A DNA stretch of 64,000 bases from Psammoneis japonica (lineage: Eukaryota): the NCBI GenBank assembly GCA_008632985.1, contig QPGO01000016.1:344840-408839 (forward strand). Reading direction: 5' to 3'. This document shows positions 1-10,760 of the stretch, piece by piece; the first letter of the stretch is position 1; every line of letters begins with the position of its first letter. Both the position numbers and the translations under genes were made by a program. The notes beneath the pieces are model-generated. The model was not told the DNA's origin, searched no databases, and saw only the letters and a list, made by a program, of their open reading frames with translations.

Positions 1-576
1 CCACCTGCAACAACAATGCTCCAGTTCTTCATGACTGCCCACACCGTGAGGGTTGAGACACCATCAGGGTCCCAACAGGTGTGGCTGGCAATTATGATTC
101 TTGGTGTCCCCTCATGAAGGGATTTGAGGAACTCACACTTGAGTGGCACATCCCTCCTCTCGCTGTCTCCTGTGGGTCATTTTACTTGGGCACATGCACA
201 ATCCTAGTTGGATCTGGTGTGGGTTTGATTTCTTTCTCCAATGCGTTGAACGATTTCGCCAGAGGTTCTCCCACTAGTTGTTGTTCAAGGCAATGGCGTT
301 GATGTCATGGATCAAGAGTGCCACATTGCAGCCAATGCCAATCAATAAAAAGGCAGCCAAGCAGACCGCAAAAGGAAGGCGGCCAAGGAAGTTGCGAAAA
401 AAGAGGCGGGGAATCCGACGGAGGGCAAGTGAAAATGGCTATACTGCATAATCCTCATTGATTGGGATGAATTTTACTTTTCTTTCCGTGTAAATTCCCA
501 GCAAATTCCGGTCTCTAACACCTAGCTCTACCCTCTACTGAGAAGCTGATCCTTTAGCGCAAATCCAGCTCAATTC

Positions 577-1572
577 TCACACCACTCCTGTATTGACAAT
601 GTTTAGCTTCTGAAGTGGCTTGTTTTCGTTGCAGTACATCGGTCCACCATACCGGCAAGCACGGGTTGGAGCTGCTTTGGTTGTAGGCCCACCCGTCAAG
701 GCCATGTAATTGACCTTGGCACTCGCCACCACTGGGGCGTCGTTCAGGGCTTGCACAATATCCAAACCTTCCAAGACGCGTCCAACCACAATGTGATCCT
801 GATTCAAGTAGCCTGCTTCGCTGCCACCCGGGAAAATTGTAAAACCAAAACCACCGTCATTGCCCCGTCGTACAGAAACAACACCCGGTGCGTCATGAGT
901 CAAGGCGTTTTCTCCCTCCCACGTTGGATACAGTCGCGACACGAATTTGCCCGACACGGATCCTACATCGATACGTTCGTCCTTGACAATCCTCCAAACA
1001 GTCGAAAGATCATAGTTTACACCCTTGTCTTGCGATTCGATACACGAATTGTACACCTTGTTGGCCTCCAATTGCTCTCGTTGTAGCGTTCGAATTTCTT
1101 TTTCTTTGCACGGCGCAGGCAAACCCGATTTGGACACCAATTGCTTCAACATGGCTGTCGGCTGGGGGGCGTCCTTTCCAAACAGGCCAATGACAATGCG
1201 TGACGTTGTTGCTGCAACAGACGGATCTTTTTGTAAACCCTTGATTTCGATGAATATTTTATCCGTCACTTCTGCGTCTGCCGTTGTGCTGGCGGCGACC
1301 GACGATACTGGAAACGCAGTCAAGGTAGTCAATGTGGCAATAGCATTTCCTGATACTTGAAAGAGAGATCTTCTTGACAAATTATCAGCGAAACATTCTC
1401 CTATAGCGTCATTGTCGACTGAAAACAAAGCCCGAGTATCCGCTGAAACAGATTGTCGTGGAGAATGGGACGGCAAATCACGTTGCACCGGTGGAACCCA
1501 ACACGTCCCAGATCCTGCCCAGAAAACCAAGATGCCAAAAGAAAGAAAATACAATGGCAATAGATGTGCCAT
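577..1572 (-). CDS. Cyclophilin-type peptidyl-prolyl isomerase-like protein, probably plastid/thylakoid lumen
   Basis: 331-aa ORF with cyclophilin motifs VTDKIFIEI, RIVIGLFGKDAP, HDAPGVVS, GFGFTI and HIVVGRVLEGLDIV. It has an N-terminal signal peptide and a twin-Arg-like SRRSLF followed by a hydrophobic AxA segment. Confidence 0.8.
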   Translation of the reverse strand: MAHLLPLYFLSFGILVFWAGSGTCWVPPVQRDLPSHSPRQSVSADTRALFSVDNDAIGECFADNLSRRSLFQVSGNAIATLTTLTAFPVSSVAASTTADAEVTDKIFIEIKGLQKDPSVAATTSRIVIGLFGKDAPQPTAMLKQLVSKSGLPAPCKEKEIRTLQREQLEANKVYNSCIESQDKGVNYDLSTVWRIVKDERIDVGSVSGKFVSRLYPTWEGENALTHDAPGVVSVRRGNDGGFGFTIFPGGSEAGYLNQDHIVVGRVLEGLDIVQALNDAPVVASAKVNYMALTGGPTTKAAPTRACRYGGPMYCNENKPLQKLNIVNTGVV

Positions 1573-2121
1573 TGTGGGACGTGGTTCAGGAAAACCAGAA
1601 CCTACTTCTTTGTGCCGTTTGCAGCGCTGCTTTCTGCTTTTTCTAACGATGAGGATTCATCCGCCCGAGTTGAGATTCGGCTCAGGCGCCTCTTCAACAA
1701 AAAAGATTTCCTGCGTCACATACACGAGTTCTGCTCGCTCGAGCTCCTGACAAACAAAATATCAACGGTCATTGCCAACTCATCAAAAACTGTACACATC
1801 AGTATGACATATGTCATTGTGTTCAGAAACATTTATTGCTTAAATAAATGGTCATCTTTACTTAATAACAAATGTGTCTTCTAAGTGTTAGCAAAGTCGA
1901 GAGCATCACAAGAAGAATTATTGTTTAAAATTCCGGTCATCAATGACTCTTGTCAAAATTGTCCATCAAGGCAACGTTGTACTCGTAGATCTTCGATCAC
2001 ATTTTCGAATCCGGATTTGCCCACACACCATAAATAATCAAATGACAATCAAGAATCTCCCAGTTAGGAAAGATCACAAATCACAGTTTGATCGTTTCAT
2101 AAAATTCGATTTGTTGCAAAG

Positions 2122-3384
2122 ATGAAACTCACTGTTGGTTCGGGAGGGGTCCTCCTCATTGCTGTCGTGTCTCAGCTTGCGACCGGTGTGGTAGGTACCA
2201 CACATGTGATGTGCTAGTGTCGCTTATTTATTCTCCGTCTAACTGCTGGAAACGTTTCCGTCTCGTTTCGCTCTTCTTAGATTGGTGCCGCTTACAAGGG
2301 CGCTTGTTGCCCGGAAGCAGGATCCGGCAAGCATTGCTTCAAGGGAACATATGATGAATGCAAGGCCAATGGCGGAACTTACCAAGGCGACCACACAACG
2401 TGCGAAACCGTCTATTGTCCAACCTTGCCTCCGACCAAGTATCCTACTCCGTATCCCACTGTCACGGCTCCTACTCCTGTTCCTACCCCGAAACCATTCA
2501 CCAAGAAGCACTACCCTGGTGCCTGTTGCACCTTGTTTGATGGATGCAAGTTTTACTCGGAAGAGACTTGCAAGTTGCAAGGTGGTACATTTCAGGGTCC
2601 ATACGTTGAGTGTAAAAATACTGATTGTCCCATTAAAGGAGCCTGCTGCTTGAGTTACGGCTGTAAGATTACCTTCAAGAAGGAGTGCACCAACCAGCGC
2701 GGAGATTTCAAAGGTCTCGGTACAGATTGTACACCCGGCTTGTGTCCTACTCGTTATCCCACGCCGACCCCAGTCACTCATCCTCCTACCAAGAAACCCA
2801 CTATTTCGCCTCCGACTGGGGCGTGCTGTGATATTAATGCGGGAACCTGTTTGGACACAACTGCTTCCCACTGTGACTTGAAGAAAGATCTGTACCTAGG
2901 AGATGGTACCAAGTGCAAGCCGGGTATTTGTCCCACAAAGACTTCGCCAGGCGCGTGCTGTGTCAAGAGTGGAAGGTGCTACTTTTGGTCCCAAAAGACG
3001 TGTGCTAAGAATGGATACTTTCTTGGACCTGGTACAACCTGCGATAACGTTGTTTGCCCGATCGGGCCAATCGTAACGCCAGGCCCTACCCCTGCTTCCA
3101 CGTCGAAACCGGTAGGTGCTTGCTGCTTTTCAAACGGACTTTGCCGCAACCTCAGGCCTGGCGTGTGCAGGAAAAGGCACGGCAAGTTCTTGGGCATTGG
3201 CACCAAATGTAACTACGACAATACCTGTCCCCTTCCCCACCGTCCTATCACGGGCAAGAAGCGTGGAGCCTGCTGCTTCAAACATACTTGCCGCATGCTC
3301 AATGCGAAAAAGTGTCACAAGAAGGGTGGACACTTTGTGGGAGGTGGTACCAAGTGTAGCAAGCGCACCTGTTCATTCTATTAA
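2122..3384 (+). CDS. Secreted Cys-rich protein with 7 'GACC' repeats and Pro/Thr linkers (intron 2191-2280)
   Basis: ATG at 2122 gives the signal peptide MKLTVGSGGVLLIAVVSQLATGV. A phase-0 GTAGGT...TTAG intron joins it in frame to the 2425-3384 ORF. The repeat unit is GACC-x(3-7)-C-x(6-7)-C-x3-G-x-F/Y-x-G-x-GT-x-C. Confidence 0.75.
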
Positions 3385-4082
3385 AGAGATTGGAGAGTGC
3401 TTTAGGCAGAATGGCGAGTGTATGGGGTCGAGAGGTTGCAGTTTTGGATAGGAAATGGCAAGTTTAGGGTGATGCAGGAGAGTATGAAGAGCATCTGTCC
3501 GATTGATCCATGCTGTACCGCAAAAAGTGTAGTGTATTCGTTAACAGTTTAGAGCTTTTCAAAGCAAAAGTATGTTGATTAACAAATGCACATCAGTTAC
3601 TATTTTATCTTCATTCTTCTTGAAGAATCTTCATTCGACTATCATTGAGGTTGATACCAGCGATTTATGGGCACCGCTATGTAGGAACATTATTTTTGTT
3701 GGATGGCACTTGACACAAGAGAATGAAGTCGAAAACACAACATTTTCACACTCCCAAGTTGGGAGATCTTTGCTTCACTAAAAGCCCATACGGTAATATC
3801 CCTTCTCACTTACTTCGAAGTCATCACCAACAACTGGCCACTGGAATCTTGATCCTCCATAGCGGCTGCGGTCGCACGATTATTTCGCACCGGTTTGTTG
3901 AGCGATCGCACTTCATGCTCTGCGGCACTGGTAAGTTACGTGATCTTCGAGCTCTTCTCATTGGTATCTTTCGTTTCAACACCGCATCATGGCGCAACGC
4001 AATAAGCAACAATAACCAAACCAACAACTCTAACACGCACAGTTAATAAAACAAGAGGTTTAAAACTATCCCACAGGAAAGC

Positions 4083-5618
4083 ATGAGAAAGAACGCTTTT
4101 AAACTTCTTTCTCCTGTGCTGGCGTTGCTGTCCTTGCTACCGGCGAAGACGCATGCATTCAGCGCGTCACCTCTGCATCATCGGACCAGCACTTCTTTCG
4201 GTCGGACTCTTGAAACGGCAGCACCATACAGTCACTTCAGTTCGCAGCTATCGTCGACGCCTCGTTCTGCTGCTCATGAATTGCTCAAGGGAGGAGGTAG
4301 CGCTGCAGTTTCCACGTCGCTCGCGGGGCGTTTATGGCCAGCGATAAAGAAATTCAGAATCGGACCTGAAAAGTTCAAAGAGATTGTCAAAAATATAAAG
4401 GCCATAACGGACTGGCATGATCTAGTGTTTTTGAGTATCTTTGCCTTTGGATCTCTACCTCTGGTTCGATATTCGCTTCAACGAATGAAAAAAGCACAAG
4501 AGGAAGCAGGAGAGGAGGATTGGGAAACCGAGCTAGATAACGATTTTCTGGAAGAAGTCAAAGAAGACATTACGTTACGTAAACGCTACAGAATTGCCAA
4601 GCTTGTCAGTAGAGTCGCTCAACTCGCTCTGTCGGTATATGCAGCTGATGTCTTGAACGTTGTTTTTACAACGCTGGGCTTTCAGTTCTCGCAGCGGTTG
4701 AGACTTTCCACTCTCTATGCAAAAGTCTCGTACACCAGTCTCTTCCTCGTGAGTTTTTTGGAATTCAAAAAGCTTGCTCTCTGTGGATTCTTCAGAGTCA
4801 AACCGGATGACATGGGGCGTGTTGAAATCTTAAATCGACTACTCGATGGTGTTTCTGTGACGGTAGTTTCTCTTTTATTCCTTGATTGGATCCAAGTGCG
4901 TATGGGCATCGCAGCCAAGTCGATTTTTGCTCTTTCCAGTGTCGGTACGCTGACATTGTCCCTGGCAAGTAAAGACATTGTTGCATCCCTGTTGTCAGGG
5001 ATCTTTCTTACGGCCAGCAACAAAATGTACGTGGGTGACAATGTAAGATTTGGTGACGGAACGACCGGTAAAGTCATCAAGTTGGGGTGGTTGGAGACAA
5101 CCTTTCGTGGCGGAGACAATGTCGTTACTCGTGTGCCAAACACTCTGCTGTCTAACCAAAAGGTTAGCAATGTATCAAGAGTACGACAATCACAGGTAAA
5201 ACAGACTCTGCGCTTCCACTACGACGCGGCGGACAAAATTCCAGCTGTTTGTCAATCTATTCGCTCAGAAATCAAGGCGTCGTGTCCACGGTTAATCAAG
5301 GACAATTCGCGTCCCTTTCGCGTATTTTGGACCGATATCAATGAAGACCATTTGGAAGTAATGGTCGACACACACTTTAACATTGCACCAATTGGCGATG
5401 CGTACTGGCAGAACCGACAAGCTGTCCTTATGGCCATTCGGCGGGCCATCAAGAAACACCATGTGGAATTAGCTCAACTCGTTACGATAGCAAGCTTTAT
5501 GGGAGACGAGCCGGAACAAAGAGTACTTCCCAAGGCCTTCATACCAAGAAGTGGCGATGATGATGATGTTGATGATGAAGTCCCTGAAACAGGCGACGAT
5601 GAAGGTGACAAAAAATGA
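4083..5618 (+). CDS. MscS-family small-conductance mechanosensitive channel, probably plastid-targeted
   Basis: 511 aa with TM helices and MscS motifs (LSLASKDIVASLLSG, VGDNV, GKVIKLGWLETT, VPNTLLSNQKVSNVSR). The signal peptide ends in THA-F, resembling the ASAFAP motif. Confidence 0.85.
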   Translation: MRKNAFKLLSPVLALLSLLPAKTHAFSASPLHHRTSTSFGRTLETAAPYSHFSSQLSSTPRSAAHELLKGGGSAAVSTSLAGRLWPAIKKFRIGPEKFKEIVKNIKAITDWHDLVFLSIFAFGSLPLVRYSLQRMKKAQEEAGEEDWETELDNDFLEEVKEDITLRKRYRIAKLVSRVAQLALSVYAADVLNVVFTTLGFQFSQRLRLSTLYAKVSYTSLFLVSFLEFKKLALCGFFRVKPDDMGRVEILNRLLDGVSVTVVSLLFLDWIQVRMGIAAKSIFALSSVGTLTLSLASKDIVASLLSGIFLTASNKMYVGDNVRFGDGTTGKVIKLGWLETTFRGGDNVVTRVPNTLLSNQKVSNVSRVRQSQVKQTLRFHYDAADKIPAVCQSIRSEIKASCPRLIKDNSRPFRVFWTDINEDHLEVMVDTHFNIAPIGDAYWQNRQAVLMAIRRAIKKHHVELAQLVTIASFMGDEPEQRVLPKAFIPRSGDDDDVDDEVPETGDDEGDKK

Positions 5619-5823
5619 ATCTATCCAGAATGACTATTCCCGAAGCTTAGGAACTACGTAACAAATGTCTAGGAAATCCCGCCCTCTTACTGTACGTGAA
5701 ACGCTCTGCCAATTCCGATATGTCAGACTCGATATCTTATTGCAGGATTCGGATAGGGGCGAGCCATGCAGAATCAAATAATATGTACCCTCTCTTTACG
5801 GAATATCTTATGCCGTTAGCAGT

Positions 5824-7251
5824 CTACACGTTTTTCTTTTTCTGAGAGGCAGTCTGCAATCTTTTCCGCAACAGCAGCCAAACCGCCAAGATGACGCACG
5901 TGACTATAGCCATGCAGCATCGGACAAACAGGGGAATCAAGTGACCATCCATGCACGGGGCTACATGCTTCAACTCATCTTTCGTCAACATGTCGGTTCG
6001 CAATGATCTAGGTCCTGTTGACATGACTACTTGTCCGTCGGCATTATGAATATTCGCCTCCAGTGTATTGGCCTCCCAATCGATTTCAAGAGTTCCAAAA
6101 TTGCGCTTTATAAAAAAGAACGGGTTCTCTTGCTGGTCTTCCGTATGATAACGGTTTGTCCCAAAAGCCTCAAGCAGAGGCCGACACAACACTCCGTAAA
6201 ATGGCGTTGTACACGTGTGGGTCAAACCGCTACTCGTGACTTCCAGAAAAGACTGCTTCGTTTCGTTGCCTTGTATGGACGCTGTTGGATCCAAAAATTC
6301 GGCAAAATGCACGTCTCCGCTCAAGAGAATCAATCCTGGCACACCATTGAGGAGCTCCAGAAAGCGGTCGCGTTCTTGTTGAAAGAATCCCCACGATTCC
6401 AAAGCTGGGTTTGTAGTCAAGACTTGAACGGAGCTTACGACAACATGGACTTGGGCATCACTAGTCTTGATTTCGTTTTCGAGCCACAACCACTGCTCCT
6501 CTCCCAAGAGCGATGGGTTCTTGTGAGTTCGGCAGAGGGCAGGAACATTCTTGGGCAGGTTCAATCCAGCGGTAATCCATCGTGTGATGCAGCTAAGTGC
6601 TGCACCCAAGGGAATGATCGTCGCAAAGGACGGAATGCAGTGTGGTTCTCGATGCCAGCGTGTATCCAATAGGATTGCCTTTACTTTTCTGGGAGCTTCT
6701 CCCCACTCCACACTACCATAAACGCCCTGACGATTCTCATAAAAATTCGATACTTCTTTGTTTTTACTCAAGACAAACTTCATATACGCATCTCGTCGTT
6801 TCTCCTTGTCTGGCATTTCAATGCCCCAATCATTCCCACCATAATCATGATCATCCCACGTCCCATAAATACCAAAAGGCGGATTGAAATCGGTGTATCC
6901 CAAGCTCTTGTTGAATGACATGTGTTGATATTCTTCTTGTAAATCTTGCACAGACGCTACACCACGTTTGGAGGGATAAACGGTATCTCCCGTCCACAAG
7001 AATGCATCCGGCTGCGTCTCACGAATGGCCTTCCAAATGATGAGCGTTTGCCCAATGTACTTGCGTTTATGACACGAGCCAAACGCTAGTTTTGTAATTG
7101 TCGCGTCCTTGTGCTCCACGTCAGCTGCAGCTTGTACTCTACTGTTATAAACTGAGAGGGAGAGACATAACCACGAAAGCGACAAACGATGTATCCAAGA
7201 GGTCATGATCTTGTGCTTTGTTGAGGATGATTCGACGGCATGAGCGGTCAT
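5824..7251 (-). CDS. phoD: PhoD-type alkaline phosphatase with C-terminal membrane anchor
   Basis: Motifs AFGSC, FLWTGDTVY, WDDHDYG, LLDTRWHR, LLGEEQWLWLE, LSGDVHF, EVTSSGLTH and NFGTLEIDW. It also has a signal-like N-terminus and a C-terminal TM helix. Confidence 0.9.
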   Translation of the reverse strand: MTAHAVESSSTKHKIMTSWIHRLSLSWLCLSLSVYNSRVQAAADVEHKDATITKLAFGSCHKRKYIGQTLIIWKAIRETQPDAFLWTGDTVYPSKRGVASVQDLQEEYQHMSFNKSLGYTDFNPPFGIYGTWDDHDYGGNDWGIEMPDKEKRRDAYMKFVLSKNKEVSNFYENRQGVYGSVEWGEAPRKVKAILLDTRWHREPHCIPSFATIIPLGAALSCITRWITAGLNLPKNVPALCRTHKNPSLLGEEQWLWLENEIKTSDAQVHVVVSSVQVLTTNPALESWGFFQQERDRFLELLNGVPGLILLSGDVHFAEFLDPTASIQGNETKQSFLEVTSSGLTHTCTTPFYGVLCRPLLEAFGTNRYHTEDQQENPFFFIKRNFGTLEIDWEANTLEANIHNADGQVVMSTGPRSLRTDMLTKDELKHVAPCMDGHLIPLFVRCCMAIVTCVILAVWLLLRKRLQTASQKKKNV

Positions 7252-7902
7252 TGCGAGTGTTGCGTTTCTGCAATTTGGAAATCAGGATCCTGCAGCCTGC
7301 AGTGCCGACGCGATCGGAGATCGGCATCTGGACTTCTTGTGAGCTGTTGTTTTCATCATTCAGCTCAGATCAGATCAGATCAGCCAGCTCCGCAAGCTTC
7401 GTAGTTTGTACACAATAGATAGATTAGATAGATGATAGAGACTTATTCTACCTCTAGCTAGAGTAGAGAGCATCCCACTGTGTGACTGTATCGGTGTCTG
7501 CGGCTAGTTTGTGCTTGGTTGAGCCTTTCCATCGCAGTGGCAGCACATTTCACACGCTACAGTAGAGCGAGTAGCATTTGCTTTCTGCTAGCTCAGCAGG
7601 AGAGCAGATTTTTCGTAGGCCCTACAGGAGGTGCTTTGTTTCAATTGATTGTGAAGACACTCCTGTCTGGTTCTCGCTACAGCAATTCTACGGTCTACAG
7701 GTCAACAGCGCAAGTTGCTGTCGACTTTTCATGACTGTATTCATCATTTACAAGTTGGAGAGGTGCTATCTGCCTCTCTACTGACTAGGGGAGAAACTAA
7801 TGTTGCTATAGTATACTATCAAATATGGCAAATGAGATATGTCTCCTACGAAAAGTGCCACAGTAGAATCATTCTTCGCGGCGAAGTGCCATTGACCCTC
7901 CA

Positions 7903-8421
7903 CTATGGCTTTGACTGACGCCTGGCTCGTCGCTTCTTTTTTCCAAAAGAAAATAATCCAGGTCGCTTCCTGGTCGTCTTTTCAATCTGTTCTGGCTGTG
8001 TCTCTAGCTTGCTTTCGATTCGCAGCCATGCTCGACTTTCACTGTCGAGACCAACGCCAAAAAAAGGATTGCTCGAAGGAGAGTAGTGCTGCTGGGAAGG
8101 AGCCGAGGGTGGAGGAGTAGAAACATATTCTGGATTGTACGGGGGAGGTGGTCGATGCTGAATATCCACAATTGGGTCTGTAATTTCATATGATTCGTAC
8201 TCGTAACTTGCACTCTTGTTTTGGGACCGCCGATGAAGCTTCATGCTTTTGTTGATCTTGTCTGTCGTCGTATTGTAGTAGCGATAATGTCCAAGGAGAG
8301 ACGCAACGGAAGTCATTCCCTCTTCTGCGCTGCGAGGGGGTTCAACGTAAGAGAAGTTGTGTTCTCTCGAAGTAGAGTTCTTTGATAGAGCCGAAAAGTG
8401 ATCGAATGTTGCATCAGACAC
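7903..8421 (-). CDS. Hypothetical protein (start uncertain)
   Basis: 172-aa ORF with normal Tyr content, a PPPPY motif and a basic C-terminus. No recognised domain. Confidence 0.35.
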   Translation of the reverse strand: MSDATFDHFSALSKNSTSREHNFSYVEPPRSAEEGMTSVASLLGHYRYYNTTTDKINKSMKLHRRSQNKSASYEYESYEITDPIVDIQHRPPPPYNPEYVSTPPPSAPSQQHYSPSSNPFFGVGLDSESRAWLRIESKLETQPEQIEKTTRKRPGLFSFGKKKRRARRQSKP

Positions 8422-9359
8422 AACAGTGCGCTGTGTCGGGAATTTTCCCTCGGCATGAGACCGCGCATTTGAGTCCTGTCTCAGTCTTGTTCCACCGGTT
8501 TTTGCGAACTACCGTTATTTTCATAAATGAGAGTCGGAGATTCATTCGTGGATAAAGGCGGCTATTCTTCATATATACAAATTCGTGTATGAGGAATGAG
8601 AAAAACTAGAGAGCCGGACGAACATTTCTCAAATTTTCCTTCTCACTTTTTTCTTTTGTGTGTTGGAAAAGCCTAACTATCTACGCTATGCACATCCATC
8701 CCAGCGACTACTTCAGCAACTAAGAACAAAAGTCACCGTCATTGTTCATCACAAGATGTGGCTCACAACGCAAAGAAAAACGTTGCAAAAGATGGGCTTT
8801 CTTGCAGCTCGACTCCCATGCGCAGTCCCCACAACGACTGAGATTGCAGGACAAGCGAGCTTCAAAAAACCTCCATTGTCAACAGCAAAAAGAAAATCTT
8901 CCACAACAACGAGTGTGCGTGAAACAGGAGTGCCGATGGAACCAAAGTGGCACATTCTCCGTTCTCCCTGCAAAGAGCCCCACACACCTCAGCAGAAGCA
9001 GATGAGGCTGGCTTCTGAGGTTCCAAGGGTGAGGTGTCTGCGGCAAATGATGCACAAAACAAAGAGCTAAATTGTGACGTACCTTCCAGCACATGCAACA
9101 CAACACATTTTACTTGATGCCTCTGTGTCATGCTTCTTCTGTTTCTCTGGCATGATGCAAGAGACGGTTTCAACCCAACGATGGCGTGGAGCAGCGGTGT
9201 CCTTTGATTTGCAACGAGGAATTCTTTGATGTCAACAGCTTGCTGTCTTAATTCTATTTCTTGTTGCCATTGACTTCATTCATGCACTGACACAGAAACC
9301 CAAATGAGGCAACCTGCAACTCATTGTGCCTCAACACATGTGAAAATGGCAAGGTCACG

Positions 9360-10760
9360 TCAAGGCGACCATTGGAGCAAACTCCAAGGCTCTGTCACTG
9401 GAGCTTTCACTTCATTGCTGTCATCACTGCCATCTCTTCTCTTCAACCTCACGTTTCCCAACTCATCTGCAATGAGTGTTTTGTTCCCTGGCTCAAGGAA
9501 GATTTTTTCACCCTTGATGTAAATCTTGGTGAGGTCAGAAAGAGGACGGATTCTGAGAATGGTGCTTCTTCCATCGGCACTTCCTCCCAGAATCTGTGCC
9601 CAGCCACCACCCACCATGAAACCACTGGGAAGGTTGTTTGGCATGCTGCAAATCTGCTCACAGACAACTTGACTGCATTTGCCCAAGCATGTTTGAATGA
9701 CAAGCTTTGGGTCTGATTGCAATCGAAGGAGTTGAGGCGCTTCTTCCATCTCCAAGGTCTGTGAGCATTCCTGGGCTTTCTCTAGAGGAACAATGATCTC
9801 GTCATTGAAATGCCAAATCTTTTCGTCCTTGAGTTCCAACCATGATTTGCACGTGGCCCACAAGACTTCCACAACAGCGGCAACGATGCCCGCACTTCCC
9901 CCAAACACCGTCGATGCAATCGAAACGTCGCAGAGAACAAAGCCCATTTCACCAACGACCGAGCACCAAATCTGGAAATGAGGGGCATGGTGGTCAAGGC
10001 TTGATTCAACCACTGGCTTGCAAGCCACAGCAAACCCAAGGTTCAGAACAAGCTGTGCAACAAGGACTGTCCCTGCAGCAAGTGTCAGTGTTGCACTCAG
10101 TTTCCAGCTGTCTTTGCATTCCTTGACGCATGAATCCCTGCAGCCACAATGTGTGTTGTCCCCCACTTCCACTGCGGCCAAAAAGGTCATGATGATTCCG
10201 GCCATCCCATTTGTCAAAATGCAAGATGCAAGAAACTTTGACCATGTCTTCCTGTCCAAACCATCACCGCTGAAGTTGCCAGTTTGATGGTGAAGCAAAT
10301 CATGCAGAAAATCCCTGCCATGCCAGCAGCGTTTGCTCTTGAACTGAAATTCCTGCACACAGTGGAACGGAACTCTCCCAAAGATGTCTCATGCACACCT
10401 TCCCATGATGCATCAGTCTCACCAAACTGAAGTGATTGAACACCATTCAACAAAAGCATGATGATCTCCAGCAAGCATGTTCCCAGTGCAACTGCCCTCA
10501 GGCAATTGCGGTTGAACCAAATTGGCTCATCTCCACAGAGTGGGGTGAGAAAGCTTTTCGTTGGCGATGCATTTCCATTGCCAGACACCACATTGTGAGA
10601 CATGGAAGTGGTCAGAGAAGATGACAAGCTTTCTTCTGGCTCCTCTTTGGTCTCTTCTTCTGTTTTGTTGCCTTCCTCGTCTCTGCTGCCAATGATGTCC
10701 TTGGTGTCCTCTTTCTCAGAGTCACACTCATTGTCATTTTGTTGCAATCCTTTTTTTGTG
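9360..10760 (-). pseudogene. Degenerate membrane-protein gene, partly duplicated at ~12230-12640
   Basis: Frameshifted ORFs 10214-10747 and 9360-10358 have hydrophobic segments. The stretch ~9930-10240 aligns by eye with ~12240-12570 (e.g. ccctgcagcaa.tgtcagt, tttccagctg.ctttgca, aaaatgcaagatgcaagaaa). Confidence 0.55.
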
